Shown in pieces: positions 1-12,101 of a DNA stretch of 64,000 nt (position 1 is its first letter; each line of letters begins with the position of its first letter). This stretch comes from Octopus vulgaris (lineage: Eukaryota): assembly GCA_951406725.2 (NCBI GenBank), contig OX597820.1:56730001-56794000 (forward strand), read 5' to 3'. The position numbers and the translations under genes are program-made. Below the pieces are notes generated by a model. The model did no database searches and was not told the origin of the DNA. It saw nothing but the letters and a program-made list of their open reading frames with translations.

Positions 1-107
1 GCATGTGCCTGGTGTACCCTTATCAGACAGGTAGTTATGATGGGTATACAGGGCTTCGTATACTTTACCCCAGTGTCACTTTGATGGCATATACTGCTCT
101 CTCACTC

Positions 108-154
<47 letters not shown>

Positions 155-170
155 TAATAATAATAACAAC
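1..170 (+). mobile_element. 3' end of a retroposon (SINE/LINE) terminating in an (AAT)n tail
   Basis: Unique sequence ending ...ctgctctctcactc runs directly into (AAT)n/(AAC) at 108-170. The family is not identified. Confidence 0.4.
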
Positions 171-388
171 TATCCCTTCTACTGAAGGCACAAAGCCTGA
201 TATTTGGTGGGGAGGGGACTAGACAATTACATCGACCCCAGTGTTTCACTGGTACTTAATTTATCGATTCCGAAAGGATGAAAGGCAAAGTCGACCTCGG
301 CAGAATTTGAACTCAGAACACAGAGATGGGCAAAATACCGCCAAGCATTTCGTCCAGCGTGCTAACAACTCTGCCATCTCACTGCGTT
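171..388 (-). mobile_element. tRNA-derived SINE, family A, single unit
   Basis: Reverse complement contains B-box-like gagttcaaattc followed by gtcgactttgcctttcatcctttcgg and the tail ...ctttgtgcc..agtagaa, matching the copies at 17836 and 27982. Confidence 0.85.
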
Positions 389-2714
389 AACTATGAACAT
401 GGCTGAAAAAGATCGGTCCAAGTGTGAAGGTAGAATACCTACAAAAATCAGCATTGCTTGGAACTGCAAGAATTCTTCGCAGGGTTCTTGAAGCATGATC
501 AGTAAAACAAGCGTCACATTAGTCTGCTGGCTGTGGACAGCTGACACTTTCCAGCATAGCCAGCAATATAAGCTGTGAGTTTTAATACAATAATAATAAT
601 AATAATAATGATGATGATGATGATGATGATAATAATTAAGGATAATAATAATTTCAACAACAACAACAATAATAATTCTCTTACTTCTATAGAAAATGTT
701 AAAATATGTGAATGCTATAAATATTAGTGAGTAAGTGTTAGTTTATCGAAGATTGATTATCGACTGAAATCGGAGATTTTTGGCACGTTTCTAACGTCTC
801 TTACAGTTGCTGATACATTTTCAGTTCCAAGTATGACGTAATTATTGCTAAAATATTCTTACCAGACACCGAACATGTAGCAGTTTTCTTGTACATTTCC
901 TGATCTTCAATCCCTCGTTCAGCGTAAAGACGAGGTAGTTACAACGATTGCTGCATTTAGTCTGAAATTTGAAAGTCACCTTAGATAGAATGTGTGTAAT
1001 TTCCCCGACGGCTATCTCTCGAAAGACAGCATACATAGGGAAAAATGATCCTATAATGAAAATGTGCATTGTTGTATTAAGAGCCCAACGGCAACTTCAT
1101 TGAGGACCATTAACTGGTTATTAGAAAATCAAATTGAATACATACTCTATGCAAATTAAAATAATGTATTTCTTCACTTTCTCGGTATATGTCGGTTTAT
1201 GTATTTTTATGGAGATTTATGTGTGCGTATATTTAATTTATTTACTGTTCATTTCAATCTATTTCTTCAAGACCACAATTTGAAAATTTCTTCCAGCTGT
1301 CATTTCCTTCACTCAATTATTTGTTGTGTAAGTATCGTATTTATATTGCTCTCTTACCAAGCTTACAAGATTATCTTCTAACCTTTGTTAACACTCTAAT
1401 TACAAATCTGACGTTAATGTCAGCTGACGGTGATTATTACAACACAAACTATCTACTTCTAATGCATACAGAATCTCCTATAGTACTTTACATCATCATA
1501 TTAACTTAATTCTGTATCTATGTTTATTAACTTTTCCCCCTTCGGATGTCTTTTAATCGCATAACAGCATTTCATAATATCTAAGATCTATCTTATTTAG
1601 TCCTGATGGAATCAGAAAATATTAACTGCTCCGTCTTCTTATGCCTTTCTACCACCCGAGACTATTACTAGTTTTCAAGTCTAACTGTAATGTGTTCTAA
1701 CATTGTTTTAACATAATATAACTATGACACGGGATTCATTTGAAATCTGCAGAGTCTGCAGGGAATGTTTTCCAATATGTAGATAACATGGTATGGTTAT
1801 CATCTCCCCTCTTTAAGTATGGCTAAATATTGGCTTCATTGTATGAGAATCTTGCAACCTTTAATAGATTATTAGATTAGCAGATTAATATATTAATCGT
1901 ACTGAATGCTTCGGAATTAAACTGAGAGTGATAGTAGTGAGAAGGAAGTTTTGTCGTCACCAGTCCATCATGAGACAGGGCTACATGGTTTAGTAGCTAT
2001 ATCTCCTTCAAATACTCATAAAAGGGGCATTTTAGATTTATTCAATTCTACATATCCCTAAAAATAAAAGACGCGTACGACTGCAAAATTAGCACAGAGA
2101 AATTATCGATGACTGTCCGACAACGGACAGAGTCAACGACTATTGAAAAGGTTGCAAGACGCATCGAAAATTTCAGTAAAAATAAATAAGTTAATGAGTA
2201 GAAATCAGACCGGTGAATGGGTAAAATTAATAAGGCACTAAAAGAAAATAACTCTCTCCAGACACAATAAAATATGCTTCAACACACGAATTCACATAAA
2301 GAATCTTGCAGACCAAATATTATGTAACTTGATATAAGAAGAGACAAAAATTTAGATAATCATTTTATATTTATGATTTATATTAACACACTAAATGCAT
2401 AAATACAAACATAAAATTAAGATAAGGAATATATTTATATCGTATTTAGAAAGAAATAGGAGTTATATGAGGTAAAAATGTACATGAAAAGGGTAAATAA
2501 AGAAAGGCTGATATATCGATTAAAAATCATATTAAATATAAATTTAAGGATAAAAGACATTCAAATAAAGATTGAAAGTTATAAAATACATCGGCAGTAG
2601 TGGCAAATCCTAATTATAGATTTAAAACTTTAGAGGAGTTTCGAAGAAATGTTTTATAGCGGGTTATAACGTCAGATAAGTATCAGGCTAGAACATATAT
2701 AGGTAGTACTGTTG

Positions 2715-2747
<33 letters not shown>

Positions 2748-3026
2748 GTAGCACGCGTTTAAATTCATTTATTAACATTAATAAAAAATTCTTTATTTTT
2801 ATTTTTATTTTATTTTTTAAATTCTCACATCATCCTTCACTGGGCACTTTTTTAATTCTCCCATCATCTTTCACTAGAGGTTGCCTTCATATATAAGCGT
2901 GAATCATCGCAGAAGTGATTAATATCAAATGGAGTAGCCGATGACTAACGTAATGTAACCAAAATTTTTCTTTCTTTCTTTATTTTCTCTTACATGTCTT
3001 CAAACTTGATTAATTTTCTATTTACT

Positions 3027-3110
3027 TATTCCTGATGAAAGGGACATGTCAGTGTGAATCTAAAGGATTCATACCTGCTGACTAATGAATTCCAGAAACG
3101 GCCGTCAAAT
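3027..3110 (+). ncRNA. Type-I hammerhead ribozyme-like motif (PLE terminal-repeat type)
   Basis: CTGATGA (3032-3038), a long stem II region, GAAA (3095-3098), palindromic stem III CGGCCG and GTC cleavage triplet (3104-3106). Confidence 0.65.
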
Positions 3111-3120
3111 TGCTTCATAT

Positions 3121-3517
3121 TCTTTTCTACTCTCGGCACAAGGGTCGAAAGTTTTGGGGAGAGCGGTCAGTTGATTACATCGACCTCAGTACGCAACTGG
3201 TACTTAATTTATCGACCAGGAAAGGATGAAAGGCAAAGTCGCTGTCAGCGGAATTTGAACTCAGAAAATAGACAGATAAAATACCTATTTCTTTACTATC
3301 CACAAGGGGCTAAACACACAGAGGACAAACACGGACAGACAAATGGATTAAGTCCATTATATCGACCGCAGTGCGTAACTGGTACTTAATTAATCGACTC
3401 CGAAAGGATGAAAGGCAAAGTCGACCTCGGCGAAATTTGAACTCAGACCGTAACGGAAGACGAAATACCTCTAAGCATTTCGCCCGGCGTGCTAACGTTT
3501 CCGCCAGCTCGCCGCCT
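3121..3517 (-). mobile_element. SINE family A with a partial internal duplication and a 16-bp TSD
   Basis: Head aggcggcgagctggcggaaacgttagcacgccgggcgaaatgc on the minus strand. Flanked by tcaaattgcttcatat (3105-3120) and tcgaattgtttcatat (3518-3533). Confidence 0.9.
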
Positions 3518-4459
3518 TCGAATTGTTTCATATTGACGTTATAATCATCTATAAAAAATTTCTTCGGAACTTTTCTAAACTTTAAAATCCATAATTAGGA
3601 GTTGCCACTACTGCCGATGTGTTTTATAATTTTCAATCGTTATTTCAACGTCTTTTAACCTTAAATTTGAATTTAATAAGATTTTTAATCGCTATTTCAA
3701 CTTGTATTTATTTACTCTTTTTATGTACATTTTTACCTCATATAACTCCTATTTCTATCTAAATAATATCAATCAAATACAGTAGGGGTTGAATATATTT
3801 TTAAGTCCACCATTTCGTCAATTGCAGCAGCTTCCAAGTTTCACCACTAATTCAGTTCTCAACTAAATTGCAAACTGTTAATAGTTTTAAAGGGTACACC
3901 TCCTCAGCTACACTTAGCCATAAATAGTTTGAGATTTGGTTCGGTAGAAAAATAGTTACATCAAAATATCTGCGACCTCAAGGCAAATATTCATCTTCAA
4001 TTAACATAAATTTTCTAATTTTAAATTAAAAGTATACTTTTCTTACGCTTAAATGTTAGGAAATGCACGATGAATTCACAATCACTAGTTACATTGAACA
4101 AAAATGAGTAGAAAAAAGAGTTATGAGGTAAAATGTTACTAAATTTAATGTCAGTAAGTAAGGGAATAAGAAATTAACGCTTAAGCAATAAGAATAAAAA
4201 ATATATTTCAAAAATGAATGTTTACGTTCTAAATCGGCCAGCTGGCAGAAGCGGTTCAAATTTCGCCAACGTAGACTTTGGTGTACAGATTATTTAATTA
4301 TTTTTTTTTTCAAATAAACACTTTCAAACTTCCGATACTGTCACATAGAACGGGGTTTATGACAAAATTTTGTATTTTAGAAGTTATTTCGTTAGAAGTT
4401 ACAGAGTGCCAATGCACGAAACTCTCAGCTTTTGAATTACACTCTAACTTCTGCCGATG

Positions 4460-4513
<54 letters not shown>

Positions 4514-5230
4514 TACATATATATGTAAAAAAAATCTCATCACGCAATCGAACCAATGAAAGAGCCTCTACCTGGTCACTCAACACGCTAAAAATACCAA
4601 CCAAAGTATCCTCCTACCTAAATCACACGCCCATTGTATGTAATGTCCTAGATTATCCCTAAAAAGACGGTTGGCTGAAGGCTGGAATGTTTTTGATGAT
4701 AGGTTTGCAGTATCAGGGTTGATTTGAGGCTAAATAACAACATTATGGTAAATTTCTATATCAACACCCTCACGATTTTCACTAAGAAAAAAGAAAAAAA
4801 AAGATTTTTTTTGCGTGGAATCAATATGCTGCGAATCCCTTATTTTGGTTCGGAAAAAATGAGGTGGTGGCCCAATCCTGGAATCATTGGAAATCTTTTT
4901 TTCGTTGAATGAATTCCTGTGACCTAATATTGCAAAATTAGGTAACTGATTGTTTTGGGGTTTTGGGGTTTTGTTGTTTGTAACTTTTGGTGAGCCATGA
5001 TGCAACCAACAACATGGTAAACATTCCTGCCTTTAATTTGGTATGGATGCGTAATATCAAATCATTCAATCACGACATATATTTAAATTAAACACGAAAG
5101 AATTGAAATATCATCACTTACATGGAAAAATTGAAATATTATCTTTCAGCATTTTATAAGGTAAAATCTTTTATTATTAATTGACACATTATTAATTATC
5201 TTATGACAGCAATGCCTAGAAAAATCATGG

Positions 5231-5747
5231 ATTACATGGAAACATGCGAACAGGAAAAGTAATATTCTGAAGATTATAAACCTGGAAAAGTACAGGACAA
5301 GTTATAACACCTTCAAAAGTATAGGACAAGTATCACTTCTTAGTAAAGTAAAGAATAAGAAACGTTTTACTTAAAATGTTGCAGCTAAAATCAAAATTTG
5401 AATATTAAAACTTATTTTATTATAGTTTTCAAATAACATTATACTTATTTAAGTATAATTTGGCTAATTTACTACCTTAAATGCAGAAAAATGTGACTAA
5501 TTCGACAAACTTACAAATTAGCTGACCAGTTTTGTACAATAAACTTAAAAGAGAACTGTAAAGAATGATTAATTAGAAGTACTGGCATTCTTTGCTGCAA
5601 TTTTTAAAGTAAAATGTTTCTTATTCTCTACTTCACTAAAAGTAATAGCTTGTCCTATACTTTTACAGGTGTAATAACCTGTCCTGTACTTTTCCAGGTT
5701 TACAACCTTAAGAAAATTAATTTTCATGCCCCCATTTTCCATGTAAT
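5231..5747. mobile_element. Foldback/MITE-like element with ~155-bp imperfect terminal inverted repeats
   Basis: attacatggaaa...aaacctggaaaagtacaggaca...ttgcagc (5231-5385) is mirrored by gctgcaa...cctgtacttttccaggttt...tttccatgtaat (5594-5747). Confidence 0.75.
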
Positions 5748-5968
5748 ATGAATAGGTTCCTTGTCTTGTTGTAACCTTATGTTATATATTTGGATGTATT
5801 TATGTATTTATTATGTTGATATAAATCATAAATATAAAATGATTATCTAAATTTTTGTCTCTTCTTATACTAAATTACATAATGCGTAGCGTCTCGGGTT
5901 TGACCTGAGCACTTTCAAGCAATCTAGCAAAAGAACTTTTTCGAAAGAAAAAAAAACAATATCTTTTA

Positions 5969-6006
<38 letters not shown>

Positions 6007-6049
6007 CAAACGAAAGACAGAAGAAGGAATATACGAGAATATATTATTA

Positions 6050-6144
6050 ATCACAACAACTGTTTCGACACATCTAGCATCAACTCCTCTTGTGGGACAC
6101 AAAAACTGGTACAGGAGTGGTGCAGACGTATTTCGTCGGGTGAT
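6050..6144 (-). ncRNA. Hammerhead-like motif in a PLE-type 3' end adjacent to (TA)n
   Basis: Minus strand reads atcac-CCGACGA-stem II-GAAA-cagttg-TT-gtgat. Stem I atcac/gtgat is perfect. The module is homologous to 57467-57558. Confidence 0.6.
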
Positions 6145-7827
6145 AAATAAATAAAAAAAATCTCGTTGAAATGACAGGAGAGAGAAAAACGACCAGGCGG
6201 AGGAAAATTCTTCATATATATAGAAGATCCCAAAATAAAATTGCAGAAGACAGATAAGTATGAGACGTCTTAACTGATACTTTTCTCTTCTATTTTTAAA
6301 TATTTGAAGTTGCCCAGGTGTTGTAGTGATGTGCATGAATACAACACATCCAGATTTAGCTGGATTTATTACCTTGATTGTGAATAAAACTGAATGCTGG
6401 TAAAGTGAGATATCACAAGCTACGTGAATGTAGTTTCTGAGAAGTTAGTATACAACTAAAGTAGTTGTAACAAGTTTGACGTGGACAATAAAACTAGAGA
6501 TTTTTAAGAATATAGCAAAAAAGGCACATGTAGATAATTCAGAAGAGCATCAGTGTAACATTAATGAGGTAGTATAAAATTTACGTGATTTGCATGGCTA
6601 ATATTTACAAGATCAACTTCCTATGATAAAGGCAAGAAGAAAAATCCAAGCTTTGAGGTTTAACAAATCAAGTGGCAGCGTCAGCATATAACTCTTCTCA
6701 GATAAACATGAAAGGCACTCGAACTCAAATATGTGCAAGGTAGCAGTCTAAATAATGAGTAAGTTTGTCACGAAATATGCATTCTTTTATCTTTCGGGTG
6801 TCAGAGCACAGAATGTGGAGTTATTTCTTGAGCATTCGTTTCTCAACGAAAAAATAGGCTGATTAATTTTTATTTCAAAAGTTTTCTTTTTAGTTAGGCA
6901 TAACGTTGTGGTTCGCTCAGTTTACCACACAATTTTGGTGACATTTATCGTCTAGAGGGCAGGTATTACAGAAAGGTACTTCTACTGGGTTGGTGAGATT
7001 TGGATGTAGCACCTTCTAATTGCCACACTAACCATTATGCTTAGTTCTTCCTTTCCAAAGCGTCGGCCTTTTGGATTCTCCTTTTTATTGCTGTCTTTTC
7101 TGGAGATAATGTCTTTCAGCAGAACTTTCTGGAGATAATGTCTTTCAGAGATAATGTCTTTCGGGTGGGCCTAAAAAGGCTCTGGGCAATGACCCTTCCT
7201 CCAAATTCAGCAATTACAAAAAGAGCAACAAAAATACATAAAAGGAATAGGTTTCAAAGAATTCCTTTCCAACTAACAGTTATTTTTTTCAGTTGATTAT
7301 CATTATGGTGGTGGTGAACTTAGAACAATTGTAACTCACCATAACATACATTTGTTGAATATTTTGAGGAAAATTGGTTTATATATGAAAATTTGTGTAG
7401 GAAAGTTCGGGCGATATTTGAGATGCCACTGAAGTTAAATGGTGAGTTATACGATATGACTGATACTTTTTATCTGTTTTTGTAACTAATTGAATTGCTT
7501 TGTCTTGTTACTTTATCTATGATTTCGTTAAATCCACCTGTGTGCAATGCGTCGCAATAATATTTAGCAGCGAATCTAATATATATTTCAGTAGACTTTC
7601 AGTATCAGAAATGCTTTCTCATAAAACTCTAGTTTCTAAGAAGTTCCTGTAGCATTCCCAGACAATAAAATGTTGCATATACTCTACCTATTGAGTCCTT
7701 TTCTGTTTATATAACCAAATGTGCGTGTGTTCTCTTGTACATATGTGTACAAGCACACATGCACACATATACCAGACATATATGTGTGTATACTATGCAT
7801 ATACAAATACACACACACTCACTTGTA

Positions 7828-7881
<54 letters not shown>

Positions 7882-8025
7882 ATGTATATAATGTGTGTTA
7901 ACATGTATACACATATATACATGTATATCTATTTATATATTCATATGTATCTATTTAGATATATATAATTGCCTATATATGTGTATATATAAGTATATAT
8001 ATATATGTTTGCGTATGTATATGTA

Positions 8026-8083
<58 letters not shown>

Positions 8084-8114
8084 CATAGATAAAATGGAAG
8101 AAGATGCGTGGTGT

Positions 8115-8462
8115 TCAATCAACCCCCGGGACTCGACTCGGGACTTATTCTTTGTAAGCCCAGTACTTATTCTATCGGTCTCTTTTGCCGAACCGCTAAG
8201 TTACGGGGACATAAACACACCAGCATCGCTTGTCAAGCAATGCTAGGGGGACAAACACAGACACACAAACATACACGCACACATATATATATACATATAT
8301 ACGACGGGATTCTTTCAGTTTCCGTCTACCAAATCCACTCACAAGCCTTTGGTCGGCCCGAGGCTCTAGTAGAAGACACTTGCCCAAGGTGCCACGCAGT
8401 GGGACTGAACCCGGAACCATGTGGTTGGTAAGCAAGCTACTTACCACACAGCCACTCCTGCG
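8115..8462 (-). mobile_element. SINE family B (tRNA head, CORE-like ccttgggcaagt segment, internal TA/TG microsatellite)
   Basis: Reverse complement of cgcaggagtggctgtgtggtaagtagcttgcttaccaaccacatggttccgggttcagtcccactgcgtggcaccttgggcaagtgtc. Near-identical to the copy at 59166. Confidence 0.9.
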
Positions 8463-9483
8463 TTATATGTTATTTATATTATTATTATTATTATTATTAT
8501 GTTTTTTCCTTCTTTCTTCAAATTTTCTTCCGTTTCTCGCCGAGTGTTTTCTATACATCTAGGCAGAGAAGGGCATTGTATGCATTCCCAGATTACACGC
8601 GCAAATTCACAGATAAAATATATATTTAAAAATTAATAAATAAATAAATTCATGGACGGATGTTATTATTATTATTAATATTATTAATATTATTATTATT
8701 ATCAATATTATTATTAATATTATTATTAATATTATTATTATTATTATCAATATTATTATTAATATTATTATTATTATTATCATTAATATATATCTATGTA
8801 TTTAGTTGTGCGTACGTATATGTGTATGCGCGTGTGAGTGAATTTGTTTGCGTGTGCTTGAATTTGTTTGTGTGTGTACGTTGAGGGAGAGAGTACGCTG
8901 TATATGTGTGTGTGTATGTGTGTATATGTGAGTATACACATACATATTGTGTGTGTGTATATATATATATATACATACACATAATATATATGTATGTATG
9001 TATATAGATACATACACACATGCATCCACACATCCAAAAGGTATTCTCCCTCTCTTTCTTTCTCCCTTTGTGTCTCTTTGCGATACACACTTGAGATTAT
9101 GCACCGGTACGATATAATTAGCTGAATCTCTCGAAATCCGGAAAATCAGCACCTCTCCATCACTGAAGCTGAATAACGAAACCCAGTTAAAGAATAAAAA
9201 AAGTTGTACGCTAATACTTGCACACACACATACACACGTATACGCACGCATGCGCATGCTTGCACACGCATGCAAATGCAAGCTCATAAATCAAACGATT
9301 TTGCCCCGCCCTTCCTTTTGTCTATACAACATCAAAAAGGCTCAGCTATGGCTACTATAAAATATAAAAATATCCCATATATAATTCTAGTCGTTCCTAC
9401 AAAACATGCTTCTGTGAACTTGTCATTGCTAATAAGACCTTCATAGTTATGAATACGTCTCTCTCTTTCTCTCTCTCTCTCTC

Positions 9484-9522
<39 letters not shown>

Positions 9523-9845
9523 ATGAAGGGTGAAATTAATTAATTTGGAATAATTATCAATTACACCAAGTAGTCTTCGGATGTAAAAGCCTCATTCGAG
9601 GAAAATTTAAGTAATACTAAGCAATAAAGGGTTCAGCAACGAATTGCCTTACCAATACCGAATTTAGAAATAGCATTCAAAGGGTTATAGCTATTTCTTC
9701 TACTAAAAAGGAGATCTCAGTAAAACAGCATTTGGAAGGCAGACACAAACAGGTAAGAGAGAATGAATTGACTGCAATCTATCATACATTTTAAAGTTAT
9801 CTTATATATATATAATCGTCCAGTTATTTTAAAGTTATTTTAAAG

Positions 9846-9900
<55 letters not shown>

Positions 9901-9925
9901 CTCATAGGGCCATGGCATCGTATAG

Positions 9926-10225
9926 GGCCTCATGACCAAGTGGTTGTGGTGTTGCATTCACGGTCGCAAGATCCCGGTTTCAATTACTTGACTGGGCGCT
10001 GCGTTGTGTTCTAGAGGAAAACACCTCATCTCACGCTGCTCTGCGATCACTTTGACACCTGACGTGTGGTACACCGTGCACGTGTTCAGATAGTGTCGAT
10101 TTGATGGAGAGAGAGTGAGTTAATGTCCGGCACATACATTCCATCGCTATAAACAAATCATTTGTGCAGTTCGTTCAGCAGAAGCTGAACACTCATACGT
10201 AGTCTTCGTCGGGTGAGTCCATCAT
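9926..10225 (+). mobile_element. Diverged tRNA-derived SINE related to family C
   Basis: gggcctcatgaccaagtggttgtgg...ggtttcaattac head followed by gcgttgtgttc...aaaacacc, similar to the copies at 23257 and 29191. Confidence 0.5.
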
Positions 10226-10364
10226 ATATATATTTTCTCATCAGAGGTACAAGTAAATCGAGTAAAGTGCTTTAAAAATTAAGAAAGCTTAAAATACCTC
10301 CTACTCACAGAACTTGAAGTCATATCGAGTAATGTTATAATTTTGAAAAAATGTTATGTTATGC

Positions 10365-10812
10365 TATGCTTGGGAAAACCCGTCGAGCCAAGCGAAATCA
10401 AGTCGTAGCTGATGCTGGTGTCACATAACTGGAATCCATACCCGTGGCACGTAAAAGCACTTTTCGAGTGTTGGGCCTCACGGAGCAAAGTGGCTGAGCT
10501 CCTTTCGAGTGTTGGGCTTCAAGGAGGCAATGACCTAGACCTTTGGCATTATGTTGTGCTTGAGAAGAAGAACCATTAAGCCAAGTAAAAGCGAAGACGT
10601 GGCAGATACCAGTGTCACGCAAATGGTATCTGTGCTGGTGACACGTAAAAGCACTCATTACGCTCTCGGAGTGGTTGGTGTTACGAACCATACCAAATCA
10701 TACTGGAGTCTGGTGCAGCCTTCCAGCTTGTTAGCCCTGGTCAAATCGTCCAACCTATGCCAGCTGGAGAGCTTGACAACGGGCGTTAGATGATGATGAT
10801 GATGATGATGAT
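10365..10812 (+). mobile_element. SINE/retroposon 3' portion with a (GAT)n tail (family D)
   Basis: Internal duplicated cacgtaaaagcac motif. Ends ...gacaacgggcgttag(atg)n, an RTE-type tail by recollection. Confidence 0.6.
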
Positions 10813-11507
10813 AACCTGAAATGGCTCTGGCGAAAGGAGTATTAATTTTTTTAGGTCGTTTAATTTTTCTAGAATGATCGAGGGAGCAAATGATTAAACC
10901 TAGCAGTAATGTACCTATAAAAACTACTGGAAACAGCTGTAAGCCAAATTTGCTATAATATTGGAAAAAAGTATCTAATGACCATTATTTATACATTCTC
11001 TCTCTCTCTTATATATATATATATATATTGTAAAAAATGAAGTTCGAAAATGCTGCTGTATTATACAATTTTTAATTTTTATATATACATTATAACATGT
11101 TTCAGTTCCTGAAATGAACCTTATCAAAAAAAGTTATATATAAAAAAAGACAGCTCATGCCGTCAAACACAAGAAATTCATTTATAATACACAACGGAGT
11201 CAGACATCTTAGAGTTCATGTATAGTTGATATATAGTTCATGTATAGTTGATATATAGTTTGAAGTATATGTTCAAAGTGTTCGATGCAGTGGCCCACGG
11301 TGGCGATACGTATTCAATACAAAAAACAGATCAAAGTGGTGGAAAGCGGTCAATACAGAAGATTGATGTTTCCGAAAGAGCGAGGAATTCATTTTTACCT
11401 TAAGCAATTGTGATGACCCATGGTGGAAGTTCGCTGGGTGGTTCTAGTGAGTTTTTGTGAAATGCTCGGTTTTATAATGCCTGTTAGGTGGTCAATCTAG
11501 CGTAGCG

Positions 11508-11935
11508 TGACGTCATCAATGTTTTGACCAATCGTTTCGTTAGGTGGCTTTAATCAAGTAGAACGGGACGTCATCATTATTTTGACCAATCGCTGCATTA
11601 TAACTCCCTCTTGTTTGTTTCCTGTTTTGACCAGTCGCTTCGTTAGTCAAGTAGAACGGGACGTCATCATTATTTTGACCAATCGCTGCATTATATCTGC
11701 CTCTTGTTAGTTTCCTGTTTTGACCAGTCGCTTCGTTAGTCAAGCAGAGCGGGACGTCATCCAGATTCTGCCCAATCACGACTTATAGCTACATTAGATC
11801 TGCCCCCTGTCTGTACTTGTTAGGTGACTATTCAAGCAGAAAAGGACGTCATCAATATTCTGACTAATGACTGTCCCCTGTTTGTATCCTGTCCATTCTA
11901 GCAGAGCTAGACGTCATCAACTTGTTGACCAATCA
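11508..11935 (+). repeat. Tandem array (93-bp period in its core) of GACGTCA-N12-CCAAT modules
   Basis: gggacgtcat at 11565, 11658 and 11751, ggacgtcat at ~11844, plus flanking modules at 11508 and 11910. Confidence 0.85.
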
Positions 11936-12101
11936 GAATCGGGTCTGACCCTTAGCTGTATCGTATGTATCAGGGTCAGATTTGCACGAAAGAATTTTTT
12001 TCCTTTTTTACTAAAGCATATTTCCGTCAGAGTGAGTGTCTGTTTGAAGTCGCGGCCGTGGTGAAATTTGGTTTTCCTTTTCGGAGGACTTATCTTTTGT
12101 T

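Noticed and set aside
9088-9205. Possible minus-strand exon (FSDGEVLIFRISRDSANYIVPVHNLK) after a pyrimidine tract and ttcag
   Set aside because: There is no convincing donor, the frame is not compatible with direct phase-0 splicing from the 24649 candidate, and no homology is recognisable.
11540-11779. 79-aa ORF with a 31-aa repeat
   Set aside because: It is a by-product of the 93-bp DNA tandem repeat. The conserved features are DNA motifs (CRE, CCAAT), not codons.
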